In this document: positions 46,541 to 60,600 of the stretch, one piece after another
How the letters are laid out: each line of letters opens with the position of its first letter
How positions within the stretch are numbered: position 1 is the stretch's first letter
DNA from: Trichoplax adhaerens
Lineage: Eukaryota; Animalia; Placozoa
DNA length: 64,000 bases
Reading direction: 5' to 3'
NCBI RefSeq assembly: GCF_000150275.1
Contig: NW_002060944.1
Coordinates: forward strand, 8,766,159-8,830,158
Position numbers and translations under genes: made by a program
The notes under the pieces: generated by a model
What the model saw: only the letters and a program-made list of their open reading frames with translations
Databases searched by the model: none
Told to the model about the DNA's origin: nothing

Positions 46541-49500
46541 TTAAAGATCTTTATCCTGCGTGCCAAAACTCGGATTTTCGTAAATACCATCATCTGCATT
46601 TTCATAGGATTGGAGCAAGTTATTCCTAATTGCAGGTTTTCTTCCTGTAAATATGACAAATTTGGTAAATTCAGTTGTTGAATCAACGAATAGTGGCGAT
46701 AGGCCTAATTTATAGAGGTTCTTAACACGAGAAAATCGTTTCTATTGAGTATAACGACATACCAAATGCTCTAGAAAAGCCACCAAATGACAGTGTTTTA
46801 TGCTGGAGTGATCTATATTTTCGTAGAAGCATTAGTTTCTTATCAAAAATTTAATCGATTTTTTTAACATAGAATGAAATTTATATAATTCCTTAATTAT
46901 CTTTTTTTGTTGAAATAAATAAAGTAAATTTACTCAGTTAAGTAAAGCAATTTCTTGCTGTAAAATGTATTTATATTGGATTTAAACCATAATACTTTTA
47001 CCCTTTCCTTCTCAATATTGTATATCCCGCTACCAGGATTAGAATACCGACAGCGCATCCAATAGCAATGCCGATGTAACTTCCAACTACGATCACAAAA
47101 TTATTAAATTTGATTATCATCGGTATAATTCTGTTATTACTTGACCTTGCAGTATATTTATTTATTTAAGTAAAATTCATAATTTAAGATCAACGAGATT
47201 TTACAGTCTTGGCGTGTAAGGTGCTATGAATATTGTACCATTCCGAGTTACTGGACTTTGACAGTTATCCCCTTCAAATCCTCCTAAGCGGCTAAAATTA
47301 AGCTAATAAATGAAAGTTGATTACTAAAAGGGAAATTAACGTTGAAATTGAATTTTGAATTAGAGCTGTCTAGAAATAATCTCAACAAGAGTTATGACTA
47401 ATGATATATTTCAATTTGTTGCTAGACGTATCTTTACACTGATTAATTAGATGACAAATTACATTTAAAATTGTTACATCCAGTAGCTACGCTGATGATT
47501 AAGAGTCAGTACAATAATCGCTATTTTTGTAAGTTTGTAACTTACTATAGATTAATAAATATATTCTCAGCAAACATCAACATTTTGAGTCTTGCTTAGA
47601 ATTAAACGTTTGTAATACCTGCAACTTGGTTTATTATTGTTCATTTTGCATTGTCCGTTATTGCTGCAATATCCGTGAGAGCAAACAAAATCTGAAATAG
47701 GACAAAAGCACGAATATTTACCTAATACTTACCTGTTTTTAAATATCAGTAGTTTTATAAAGTATTACTGCTTTCATTTCGATAACATTTGTTTATTTTA
47801 GTTGACGTACTCATATCGAAAAGGGGCGTTTGTTGGACTTGACTATCGGTGGAATCATGTACGCGACATGAATAGGCACCATTATTACCTATGGCTAACG
47901 GACTAAAGACGAGGTATGATGTAATTTTAGATTTCGTATCGCTGACGACGTTACTGATTTTGGTTGCATTTCCAGGTACGAAAGTAATATTATTTTTCGT
48001 CAAAGTAATAGAAGGCAGTGGGCGTCCGACAGCTTGACATTGTAATCTGGCATAGGAACCTACCATAAAGTTAGTTATGTTTGCAGAAATAGGCAGAATC
48101 GTAATAGGGATATGTAGAGTGTAGACGTGTACGAATATATATTTAGCAAAATTTAGAAAAAGACTGATCCATTAGATCAATAAAATGAAAACTATAGTCA
48201 CTAACGTGCTAATTCAATTTGGCAATTATTTCCCGTGTGTAGAGGATCACAACTAGTATATCAGAATCAATATTGTCATTAACATTATCATAGGCGCTTT
48301 TCAATTTTAAATGTATATTAAATATCTACGTCCATTAAGTTGAGTAAATATTAGCAGCTACTACATTATAACGAAATTCTAATTATAGACATTAGACTAA
48401 AGACATAAGCAAAAAAAGAAATTGTGGCTTAGAGACTGAATATGCCTATGTTTAAAAATGATGCTTACATGAAACTGATAATTACTTGAGAATAACTCTG
48501 ACCTACATTATCGAATACGGAAAAGGTATTATTCCCGATTTAATGCTACGAAATTATTTGCTATTACCTGCATATGGCTCCAGTTTCGGTTTGATGACAT
48601 TCGCCATGTGAATTGCAAAATTCTGGGGAACAGGTAAACTCTATAGACATAATGGGGACAGTTATCAATAATTACAATCGCTAGTAACAAATAAAGCGTC
48701 ATTCAGGATTAACATTAGAGCCTTCATTTAGAATTCTAATAAAACTGAGCTAATAATACAAAGAAATTAGTTGTACTCGTATACTTTATTTCTCAAGTCT
48801 TATAAAATATTTGATAAGTCTGCAAAATAGCTAAGTTTCATCGACTTAAGTAAGTTTATGGTATTACTCTTAATAACTTTACTGCTAATGTTGTCCGTGA
48901 CTTGGCAATAGTATGCGCCCGCATCACTGAGAATAAGAGTTTGAATAACTAAGATCATGATAGTGTCTTCATTAGAATTAACATCTCCGGGATACATATT
49001 GATTAGATCTCCAGGTGTAACTTGTTTGCCATTGTGATACCAGTTGAACTTAGGTTTTGGCCTTGCTTTAGCTTGGCATTTTAGGCCAATACGTGATCCA
49101 AGTAGAAATTTAGAGACATTTGATTGTGCCACTACTGAGCTCAGGGGAATATCTAACAAAGATTTGGATAGTAAACAAATCAGTTAAAGTTTCAGGTGTA
49201 ATTTGATTTAGGAACCTAAGAATATTGTAAACTCTAATTGAACGTGCCACCACTGTAAAAATTTAAGAAATTATGCAATGACGACATCTATTAAACTTTA
49301 AAAATCTCTTACGTGGCAGCTGAGTCTCACAGTGATTTCCAGTAAATCCAAAATTACAGCTGCAGTATAAAATGGTTAAAGGTTTATATGTTAATACAAC
49401 TTTACCATAATTCATTATTTTTGTGCGATAGAACGTTAAATCGCATTTATAAACTGCTATTAGTACTTTTGTAATATCGTTTTTTTGGTAATTGTTTATT

Positions 49501-51434
49501 ATTCCTAGAGTACGAAATGGGATTTTACCTGCACTTCAGCGAATCGCTGCCAGCTATCTTACTACATGTTCCTTGACTACTACAAAACTTGACAGAACAA
49601 CCTATCCCTATTTTGTAGTATTTAAATAAGAGTTATAAATGAAATATTACTTTGCTTATAAACATACTACAATACTTCATTCATTGTTTTGTCATTTTTC
49701 TAATATACTTACTAATAGAGATTGCGGGACTATTAATCAACGTGAATGAAACATAATGAGCGACACATCGATATTCTCCGTTGTTAGATAACATTAAATT
49801 ATTGATAATCAGAACGGATCGGGCCAGTGTACGATTCGATAGTAATGTAGGCTGAGGAATAACCATAACATTGCTGCTATTTCCAATTTCAACGCCATTT
49901 TTAGACCATTTAAGTTTTGATAACGGGCGAGATACTGCTTGACACGTCATTAAAACGGAAACACCTTATACATAGGTCGAGGTATTGCTCTGAACCAAAA
50001 CTTCTTTCACAGACAATCCTTGAAAGGTTGTGATAAAACGATTACTACTTTGAAAAAGTTAATATAATTGAAATCATAACAATTACAATAATTATAATAA
50101 ACAATTAAGAGAAAGAATTGTAGCTATTTCAATATACAGTAAACCAATTTATGCAATGTAATTACAGTAAATCGAAAATAGTAGTTGTAGGTTAGCTTAC
50201 CTGGTAGCGAGGTTTCGCACTGAATGCCTGTGTGATATTGATCACAAATAGATTATATAGCACACAATAATATCTCAGCAGTAAGATCAAGTCGCCAAGA
50301 AATTGATAAATAATGTAAAGAAAATTTTCTTTCAAAGAGAACTATAAGATTTTAATAAAAATTCTGAGCAAATTTTAAATGTTTGAGAAGTGAAGTGATC
50401 TTATCCTTAATTTACCCTGATCAAAGAGCAAGATAAAAAATTACATTTATAAAGAATTAATCGATCAAGGAATACGCGTACTATGGGCGTCCTATTGTTG
50501 CAATACTATTTTACTGGTAAGACTGTGAAACTTCAAAAATGATATAGGCTACTGCAGCAGCTTATAAAATACGTTACTGTTAGATCAGACGCAGATTTAT
50601 TTGAAATTTACCTGCACTGAATTTGGCTACCATTATTAATTTTTCTACAGCTTCCATGATAGTTACAGAATGTTGATGAGCATGCCACTCCTATAAAATA
50701 TTATAATTTAAAAGCTTAAATTATACATATTATCAAAGTTATATTATTGTTGTCAATAGAAAATTTATTAATAAACTAAAGTATTGAAAAATTAAAATTT
50801 AAGAGGTACAAGATGGATGACTTGCACATTCAGTAATTTTACTTCGTAGGACTTGCAGTAAAGCTTACTTAAAGTGATTGTTGTACTCTGTATAATTGTG
50901 CCGCCATCTTTGTAATTTCCCACGCACTTATAATTTCCATTATTAACCAGTATTAAACCCTTTAAAATTATTACTGATTGTGCATATGTACTATTAGCAG
51001 ATGAAACAGAGTTCATGATATGGACGTTACTGCCATTAATTAATGGAACACTATCTTTAGTCCAAGATAGTTTGGCGAGGGGAAGCGATGTTGCTTTGCA
51101 TGTCAGAGCAGCATAGATGCCATAATAATAAGTTGTAGTATTACTTTGAACTGTAACCGTGGTTAGAGGAATATCTATCAAGAAGTCAAAAATAGCTCAA
51201 GCTTAATATCATCATAATCTAGCAAATAAAGCTGATTTGTATCTATCAAAATTAAATAAGTCATTCATAGTAGCAAATGCTTTATGCGTATTGATAAAGC
51301 ATTCAACGAGAAAAGAAAGAAAGCTGGAATGTAAATTGAGTTTATCTAACCAACCAGATAATAAAGATAAAATCTATATTTAATTACCGGGTAGCTTTGT
51401 TTCGCAGTTGCGCCCTGTGCTATATCGATTGCAG
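46541..51434 (-). pseudogene. Gene B: 5'-truncated pseudogene of the (Ig-EGF)n-TM receptor; 4 Ig, split EGFs, TM, tail
   Basis: Exons 51388-51434, 50869-51174, 50612-50690, 50201-50247, 49713-50018, 49529-49607, 49313-49359, 48850-49152, 48568-48640, 48206-48252, 47811-48113, 47619-47691, 47239-47291, 47002-47086, 46763-46812 and 46541-46644 are colinear with gene A. Lesions: in-frame TAA at 49966-49968, acceptors AG>AT (50248-50249) and AG>AC (48114-48115), donor GT>TT (48848-48849), Ig core Trp>Leu (48001-48003), EGF Cys>Arg (47288-47290). Confidence 0.85.
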
Positions 51435-54400
51435 CTGTATTTAACGGAAGGAGTAAAATAAAACGTTTAAATTTACACAAACACGTAACTGCAGATGAGA
51501 TAACTTTGAAGGATGATTTATAGTACTGCATATTTGAATTGAAGTAATAATTTTACAGTATTATAAAACTGTATCCTATATTTCTTCTTCTAGCTAGATA
51601 ATGTATTCGCTTATTTATTGACGTTTAAAGCCCAGTTGCAGTGATCATTTCGTAAATTTTTAATTACTGTAATTAAATGTGTAAAAATTTTAATATATAT
51701 TAGTTTTTGCTGAGTTTAGGTATCATAGCGAAATTACTAGAATGGAATGACTTTTGCCGGTAACTATTTAAATGGCTTTTGCTATAGCGGTCACAGCCCT
51801 GTAGAAGCACGATAAAATAAACTTTTTTCTCTTGCGCTATGACTGAATATTCTAATTACTACTATAATAGTGTATATTATGCTATATTTATTTTAGAGTG
51901 CATATTAATAAGATGTATTATCATATACTTTGTGTTATTAAAAGCTTCGCAACACGATAACGTAATGTACGATCAATAAGTCGACTTCGTGAGCCACGTA
52001 TCAGGGAGCAATAGCTACTCTCTCAGAAGTACTTTTCTTATTATACTAGACTACAAAAAAGACTTAGACACTTCGTATCTTACGTTAAACGCAAATCTTA
52101 ACAACTCTCTTTATAATACGATATATCGCATTTATATACTCTTTTACAGTAGCAAAGACATCCAGGTTAGTAATATTAACATTGAAACCTGCTAATGAAT
52201 CAAAAGCTAATTTTATCTACTGCTACCTAATGAAGACAACAATATATACAATCTACCATAAGTGGGTTACAATCACAGTAATTTCAATTGTAAGAAGACT
52301 ATACGCGATTCCCTAATTAAACTGCTAATTTCAGTAAGCTGTATCTATATACAGGTTTCGGCCAAACCCCGAAGTTGGCATATTTATATATAAACTAACA
52401 TATGTATCACCATTAAAGCTGGTGCTATATTTAAATATCACATATCTAACTTAGAAAGTCTTTAAATAAGGGTAAATTAATAAAATTATCCTAGCATAGA
52501 TGTTTTCTACTATAATCTTGATATTACAGTGTATAACACTGTAATACCTATTATAGCATGTAATGTCTATAGTGTATTTCAGATTGCTACTGTGTGTTTG
52601 CGTTGATTCGATATTACCTGAATTTATTATGCCACAAGCTTGCTATTGTTACAGCCTACATAAACATCATAATTGATCATAGTTACTGTAGTATTTAACA
52701 CTTGTTCATTTTAGGTATTTAATATGAATAAATACTCCCTAAGGACGGAGTTAGCCTATACCTGTATACTAAAGAGATATCTGACAAATCAGTTGCATAG
52801 TAACCCTACTCTACGTGTACAATAGACTATCAAAAATCTAAGTTTAAAAAATAAGTAAATGCCAATAGCTTCACGGTTTAATCACTTTAATGTACATGAG
52901 CGTCAGTCTCCTAATATAGTTTATTCAGAAATTCTATCTACTAAAAGTCTACTATCGTCGTTTCAAATACTGATATAACGCTAGCATTAAAAATAACAAA
53001 AGATGGCGTTGGATCAATAATTTCAGACGGTAATAGGCCACTTTTAGCAAATAGAATTGCTTATATATTTACATCAGGAGCCTGCCACTAAAGCATACTA
53101 AAACGTAAAGCTGCTGGGAAATTATTAATTTTATTTTAAAATGAAAATTAACTTTTTAATATGGTCTAGACTATTAGACTGTACAGTTAAAACTGTACAA
53201 TGTAAAAGTTGTACCGTACTGTATGTACTGCACTCTATGCGTGTGTTACAAACTGAGTGGTGGCAAGTTCGCAAAATTCTGCATCACTGAAAGATTGCCT
53301 AGTGCTGTTAGTAGCGCCTTGGTGTTTTGTTGATTGCACCCAATATCACTTATAGAGTGAGATTTTTCCTGCGACATGTAGATGCGGGTAGTGTTTTGCA
53401 TCAATTAAGGCTGCGTATCAGGACAATCGGTTGTGCTGAATTTCAATGCAAATACAGTATAGAACGGTATTACGACCTGACTAGGAAAATGGTTGGAGAG
53501 ACCGTACTGTGTCTTTAATTTCGTTTTAGATACTTTAACTTGGAAAAATAGAACTAATACTAACGGGGGGGGGGTGCAGTCGCTTATACCGATATAATCT
53601 TTGAGTTAACTGTACGTATAGAAATGGTTATATAGATAGCAATACGTTTCATCTATACTTTTATTAAATATCTTATCCAAATATAGTATTGCTGTACAAC
53701 GTACTGTACATACAATGCACATGTAACAGCGACTGATAGTTTGTATTAGAAACTCTAAGTAAAGAGAACTAAAATTATACAATACTGCAATATAAAATAA
53801 TAGAAATGTCGAAAGCTAATTGCTCATTCGTACTGATCTGTCAGTACGGAATTTGAGCCTAATGTAAATTACATTTTTCAAAATTTAAAGACATAATATA
53901 ATATAACAACTATAGCTGAATATCTTTCAACCATCGTAGAGGGCTGGCTACGCCCATGTAATAGTGTAATATTAATCAAATCAAGTGGAAGAAAGCTGCT
54001 AGTCGTGGCGTTATGACTTCAAGGTTAAAACGTCTACCTACCTGTTACGGCATTACATAGCCTTAATTTTTAGAGTTTAAGAAAGGATTGTTGCTGACAG
54101 TGTTTCAGTGCTATAGTATAGGAAATACCAGGATTTATTGTACTTGCAACTGTAGGAATTAATATCCTATAGTAAATTAATATTATTCATGCTTTATTCG
54201 AAAATTGAAAGCTATGAACGTTATTTGTAATGTGATACATTGATTAGCCAATAAGGTTTTGTGATTACGTGCGTAATTTAGATAAGATTATTCTTAATAA
54301 AATAAATATATTTTTTTATCTAATTACATCCTCAAGGTGTGTCTGGTATTTCTTTGTGATGATAAACGCTTATTTATGAGCGTACTTATTGGTTTGAATC

Positions 54401-55686
54401 AGTCGAATTTGAGAGACAACAGTGAGTAGTGAGTTACTGAATAAAGCTGTTTTGTAGATTATAGTACAGCGTATCTACTGGTGGTGAGCCTTTTAAGCTC
54501 ACTGCACAGTGTACAGTACAGTACCGTATTACCGATGTTGACGTAATTATGGTATCGTCGTACAGTAAAAGTATGGTGCAGCATTGTTTGTTTATGTTAT
54601 GCTGTGCATACCTGAGCTACCGTCGATGCAAAGAACAGTCAAGGCATACAGCAATAATTTCTATATACTTTGCCATCGAAAAATCTGAGAGAATTAGTAA
54701 AACGTGCGGTACACTACGGTACAAAATTCGGCATTATGGAGTAAAATATGTTGACGAATTTTGTACCATAGTGTTATTTATTAATTACATTGGTAGCGTT
54801 GCATATCGCAAAATTGATCAGTAACGGATTCGTTTTAAAACTAGGGCGAATTGTATCGGCTAGATTGAATCCGACTTGATTACAATCCGTGAAATATGAT
54901 ACTTTGCATTACACTGCTGTATAGGGTTGGTGTTAGGACTAACTAAGGTTACCAACATTGTCATTCAGAAAACAATTTGAACAATTTGAAGCGTATTCCT
55001 AACACTCATGCTAAACCCTAGTTCTAATCGCAATCCTAGCTCTAACCCTAGCCCTCCGTAATTTGGGGGCAAGAAAACTGTTTTACAGACAATAGCCTAT
55101 AAAGATGGTAAGTTCATTGGCAAATAGACTGACTTGAATAATTATGTATCAAAAATTTAAAGTTCAATCAGTTCGTGATAGTAACGTAATGAAGAATACA
55201 AGTTTGTTTCAATTTAAATACAAAGTACTCGTGATAAGGTTTGATTCGTATCAGAATCGATATAACAATTGCATTGAGCTGGTATAATAAAGATTATCAT
55301 TCAAACTAATGTAATAATTCTTCTTTTCTGTAATCTTGGCAATTTGAAATGAACAACTGAATATACATCTAGACGAATATATTCGTATAGCCATGATAAA
55401 GCCTACCTACGCGTCCATACTGGCATACTATAAACAAGGGTACAATTTCCTTCATTGTTACAAATTTCACAATAACAGGTAAAATATAGTCAAGTAGACA
55501 AATATACAATAAATTAGTAGATCGGTTGATAAAATAATCAATTTAATGAAAGAATTCTAAAATTACTAAGCGATAAATTCCTATTACTGTTATGAAACAA
55601 ATTATTTCTTTTACTAGAAGACGTAGGATTAACAGAATATTTTATTGATAGTTTAATAACGTAATTTTAGAGCTGAACCATGCAAT

Positions 55687-56515
55687 CTATACATTTTCTT
55701 CTACATCATCGGAATCAAGCATAGGATCATAATCGTCGCCTTCCACCATATCATCTAAATCTATACTTCCGCTATCTTCACTGTCACTCGCGTTATCAGT
55801 ACTTAATTGTTCAGCAACCCTCGAAATTGAAATAATAATCGTAATTGTCATTCCTAATAAGGAGACACTTTAGCACATTTCTGCAGTCCATTTTGCCCAA
55901 AATAGGATTTGAAAAGTGAAACCTGTTTTTAATCAGGGGGGGACGCTTACCCAAATGGAGGCGATAGCGCAGTACTTTACGGTACTTAATTAGTCATCAT
56001 TGATTATATATTTAAATTATTGATGACCAATTGACCAGCCAATAGATATCTTGTAACATTTACGAGAACCGTGTCCCTTTAAGTCGTAACTAATTCCCGA
56101 CTAAGGAATGTTGAATATTGTTTGTATGATTATGATTGTAACTGATTACTTAATATTAATGGTGGATGGCAATGATTGTTAATGAAAATATTCGTTTACC
56201 GTAGGATTGTCAGTTTAACATTATATATATGTATGTACTATGTAGAAGGGAATATTAGAGTATAATCTGTCCTAAGATATGTACGACTGATCGCTAGTAT
56301 CCTAGTTGGTAACTACGTTTAGCTTACTTTAGAATTTATGATTCATAGTAGAGAGACCACCAACCGCTCTGCGAAGCATATAAAATGGCGGTGTAGTCAA
56401 GAATACTTTAGTCTTGTTTTGTTGCAGTTCTTGGTTCTATTGAAATCGTGGACTAACCACTTAGAAGCTGATTGTTTAGCTGAAGTAATCATTGAACCAG
56501 AAGTCGTAAGTTTCC
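55687..56515 (-). other. Possible two-exon coding remnant or alternative 3' end encoding an acidic peptide
   Basis: 56458-56515 (phase 1-2, KLTTSGSMITSAKQSASKW) joins in phase to 55687-55819 (VAEQLSTDNASDSEDSGSIDLDDMVEGDDYDPMLDSDDVEENV*); the second acceptor is a weak GAG. Confidence 0.35.
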
Positions 56516-57569
56516 CTGTAAGTTTTTAAATATGTTCAGAATTCAGCCATATTGTTATATTTATTTGTAAGACTCACTGATTACTGTAAGTGGCTTGATA
56601 GATAAAATATAATAAATAAATCGGTGTTATCCCCTAATCTCCACCTTGTATCAAGTGCTCTAATCATGGCGCAATTTAGTAATAACAACGCTAAATTATT
56701 ATACATGTTACAGAAGCCGTTGGCAATGAAGTAATATGATATTCTATTCTAACTATCTGGCCAGGACTATAGTTAGCAGTATTAGACTAGATCATAATAC
56801 TTCGCACTGGAATATCTGACCGTAAAATATTAAATGTTTCTTATCTATAAATGCATTAACAGATACTTTCACCTTTTTTTTCGATCTATTTAAATATATT
56901 GTTTCGGATATAATTTACTTGCTTGGTAAGATGACTTCACAATTATCTACTGTGTAACTATTATATCATTTGCTAAAGGTTGGCATAAATAAAAATATAC
57001 ATAAGATTAGCCCTATGCTATATCTCAAAGCATTGATACGTATACCCTTTTGTTAAGCAATTTAGAGGTCATGGCAAAATATCGCAAGTAATATTTTATC
57101 TATTAACTACGCATTAAGACCTGCGTAAAATTTAGATATTCTTTCCATTCAAATCTATTTTAAAACTATTACATTAGAATAACATTTATTGTATAATGTT
57201 CAATCGATTTTTATTTTAGTGATGTTAATCAAGCCATATCTATAAAAAGTCAATGTTAAATTTGAAGTGATATTTTATCGAATTAGTTACATTGCTTCTA
57301 AAAATAAAGTGTTTAATTAATTAATAATCTCTCTCAAGAAATCGAAGAATTAACTGAGAGCCCTGATTTTCATTTAATTATGATGCATAAAAATATTTGT
57401 CTTACTGACGTATCTATACTGACACATAAATTTAGATATTGCATAAGAACGGGTATGTAAATATCAAACTGTGATATGACCGACACTAAAATAAAAAGCT
57501 CCTTAAATCAAAATTACCTATATTTAAAATTGAAAATCTAAACATGCCTAAAAAATAATACTGGTATAT

Positions 57570-57679
57570 TTATAGATCGTTATCTTGTACGTCAAAGTCT
57601 TGATTTTCGTACCTTTCATCATAATTAGGATTTCCGAATGATTGTGACTCCATCGATTTCAATTTAAATGCAAATTTTC
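57570..57679 (-). CDS. Gene A terminal exon (KFAFKLKSMESQSFGNPNYDERYENQDFDVQDNDL*)
   Basis: Manual translation; homologous in position and C-terminus to the last exons of B and C. Confidence 0.85.
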
Positions 57680-60600
57680 CTACAAGTAATTATCAGAACA
57701 GACCATAACCGATGAAATTAGCCGTAAAATCAACATATGCGGTGGTTACATTCAATTTTTACAAACACTTTTCGATTTAAATTATTTCTTCTACGGTATA
57801 TTATGACTTACCGGTCGAACTACCAGCCTTGCCGAATGACAAACTTTTACGCTGAAATGTTCTATTTTACACAAAATATTTAGTTTTAACAATAAGTCAT
57901 TTGACCAACTGATGATATTAAGTCTCAATCACTCATTAGGTAGATACATTACCCGAGCAACCTCTTAAACTACGCAAAATTTTTTGCTTTATTTCTGTAA
58001 TATTCAGTTACAATATTGATTACCCTTTTCGTTTCAGGAATACAAAGGCCGCTATAAGGATCAAGATACCGATAACGCACCCTATCGCAATTCCGACGTA
58101 ACTTCCGACTTATAATGCAAAAAAATTATTTTATTATGATATCACTCCTTAGATAATCTGGTATTTGGTTAAGGCAAAGTTTGCTCACCAATTCTGATAT
58201 AATAGTATCTCTTTATAGAGAATAAACTTTGCAACTCTTACTACTCTTGTACTGTAGGTCGAAATATTTACTGAAACAAACTTAGCATAATACTGTAGTT
58301 ATCGTACCATTCTGAGTGACTGCACTTTGACAGTTATCCCCACCGAATCCGCTTGAACAGCTAAAAATAAATAGAAAGAAAGTGACGTTCACAAGATTTC
58401 AAGTCGTTATAACAGAATAATAATTAAACTTCAGAGCTGGTAGCATACGTTAGAAAAAATCCTAGCAACATCATGACCGTTTATGAAATTAAGGTTTTAT
58501 AACAAGAAATCTACTATGTTGTATCTAAAATAATGTTTTAATTAAGGTTATTTCATCGTAATGCGTATTTCTAAATTATATTATGGTAATAATATTGTAT
58601 AAATTTAAATATTTAATTGGATAATTAAACGAACGCTGCTACTATTCGTTATAAAGGATATTTGTATTACCTGCAGCTTGGTTTGTTGTTATTCATGCTG
58701 CACTGACCATTATTGCTGCAGTATTGTTGCGAGCAAACAAAACCTGAATATTGCATCATGAAGATCAAAAATGTTAAGGGTGCCAGTTAATAAACCTATC
58801 GCAAAAGTAATAAAATCTTCTTTGAGGACATTAATATACTGAAAGTCTCAATAGCATACTTATATTGGATAGCGATGTTTGCAAAACTTGATTGTTGATA
58901 GGATTGCGCACAAGACATGAATAAGCACCGTTATCAGTTATAGATAATGGACTAAAGGTGAGGTATGATGTAATTTTGGATTTCAAATTGCTAATGACAT
59001 CAGCAACATTCGTCGTGTTTCCAGGTATAAGGGTGACATTATTTTTCATCCAAGTTATAGAGGGTAGGGGGCGTCCAGCAGCTTGACATTGTAATCTCGC
59101 ATAGGAACCGACTTGAAAGGTAGTAGTATTCGCGGATATGGATACAATTGCGACTGGTATTGCTAGAAAGCAATGTGATACCATAGTATACAGAAAATTA
59201 GTAAAGAGATTCATGTATTCAATCATTACTTAGATATGCAGTTATTACGAACGTGCTAGTTGAGTTTCGCAGTTTTTTCCAGCATATAGAGGATCGCAAC
59301 TAAAATATAAGATTGACGGTTTATGTTAATGACATGGTAGAATTTTCTAATCGTAATTAAAATCTGAGTGAATTTAATGATTTAATGGTTATTAGACACG
59401 ACTTTGCTGCAATATTTTTATCGTTAGCTACTCTGAATAGTAAAGAAAATTTTACTATAAAATTGAATATACTCCTAGGTCAGGTACTATAGCCTTTAGA
59501 TTAGTTCTGGACAAAGCTGTCAACGAAAGCACTTTAATTGAGTAGATTTTAAATAAATGCTATAGCTTCACTCAATAGTACCTGCATATGGCTCCAGAAC
59601 TAGTTTGATTGCATTCGCCTTGGGAATTACAGAATACAGATGAACACGTAAACTCTGCAAGTAAATAATCATTAATATTTGTCTAGAATAAGCCATTGCT
59701 AACAAAATAAATTATAACATACGCATAAATACAAGAGACTTTCCATTTACTCAGCGTTCTCAAACCTTGTACAACATTTTATGCGTGAAAAACAAAGCAA
59801 ATTTCATTTTACTTACGTAAGCTTACGGTAGTGCTGTTTATAGTTTTCTTGTTAATCTCATCCTTTGCTTGACAGTAATAAGCGCCTGCGTCACTTGGAA
59901 TGAGGTTCGCAATTGCCAATATTATAGTAGTAGTGTCATTGGAATTGTCAGCTGCAAGGAAGACATTAATTCGACCTCCGGATATTACTTGTTTGCCGTT
60001 ATGGTACCAATTGATCGTAGGTCTTGGTCTCGCTTTCGATTGGCATTGCAGACCAGCAGAAGATCCAATCAGGTATTGAGATGCATTTATTTTTGCTGCT
60101 ACCAAACTGAGAGGGAGATCTATAGCAGATGTAAGTATTTGTTACATTTTTTGCATCTATAGCATTTTTATTTATTTTTCAAATTTCGAAAACATCGATT
60201 CCTAGTTTCTTATGGAAATGAAAGTGCAACATCATAACAGTAACTCTGAAGGAAATTGAATCTAAACTTAAAAAATGCCTACTTGGTAGCACAGTCTCAC
60301 AGCGATTTCCCACGATTCCGAAATTGCAACTACAATCGGAGCAGAATCAAATATAAAATTGTTAAATGCCAACTTGAAATTACTACGTTTATCTAACTTG
60401 TATTAGTCATATTATACATTGTTTCAGTAACACCAATGTCGTATACGTTGCAGCTGTTTGTATCATAGTATAGAGTAAAAATCAGAATTGTGAATTACAC
60501 AATAACAGAATTGATACTGGTAGGCTCTATATTAACTATAAATATAATTTTACGAAGTTATAAAGATTCTGTACATGAAGCCTAGATTTACTTTAGACTT

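Noticed and set aside
46541-46560. C-terminal DKDL/DNDL/DDDL as a KDEL-type ER retention or PDZ-binding signal
   Set aside because: The terminus is cytoplasmic, so the KDEL receptor cannot read it; the -2 residue varies (K, N, D) and fits no single PDZ class
41412-51434. Joining gene B and gene C into one gene
   Set aside because: B ends in its own TM, tail and stop at 46541, and C has its own signal-like exon at 43263-43375
51989-54824. Short intergenic ORFs (51989, 53327, 54549; also 15636, 45875, 8824, 20489)
   Set aside because: 60-90 aa, AT-driven composition, no motifs and no supporting exon chain
55011-55055. Telomere
   Set aside because: Only a few degenerate units at an interstitial position
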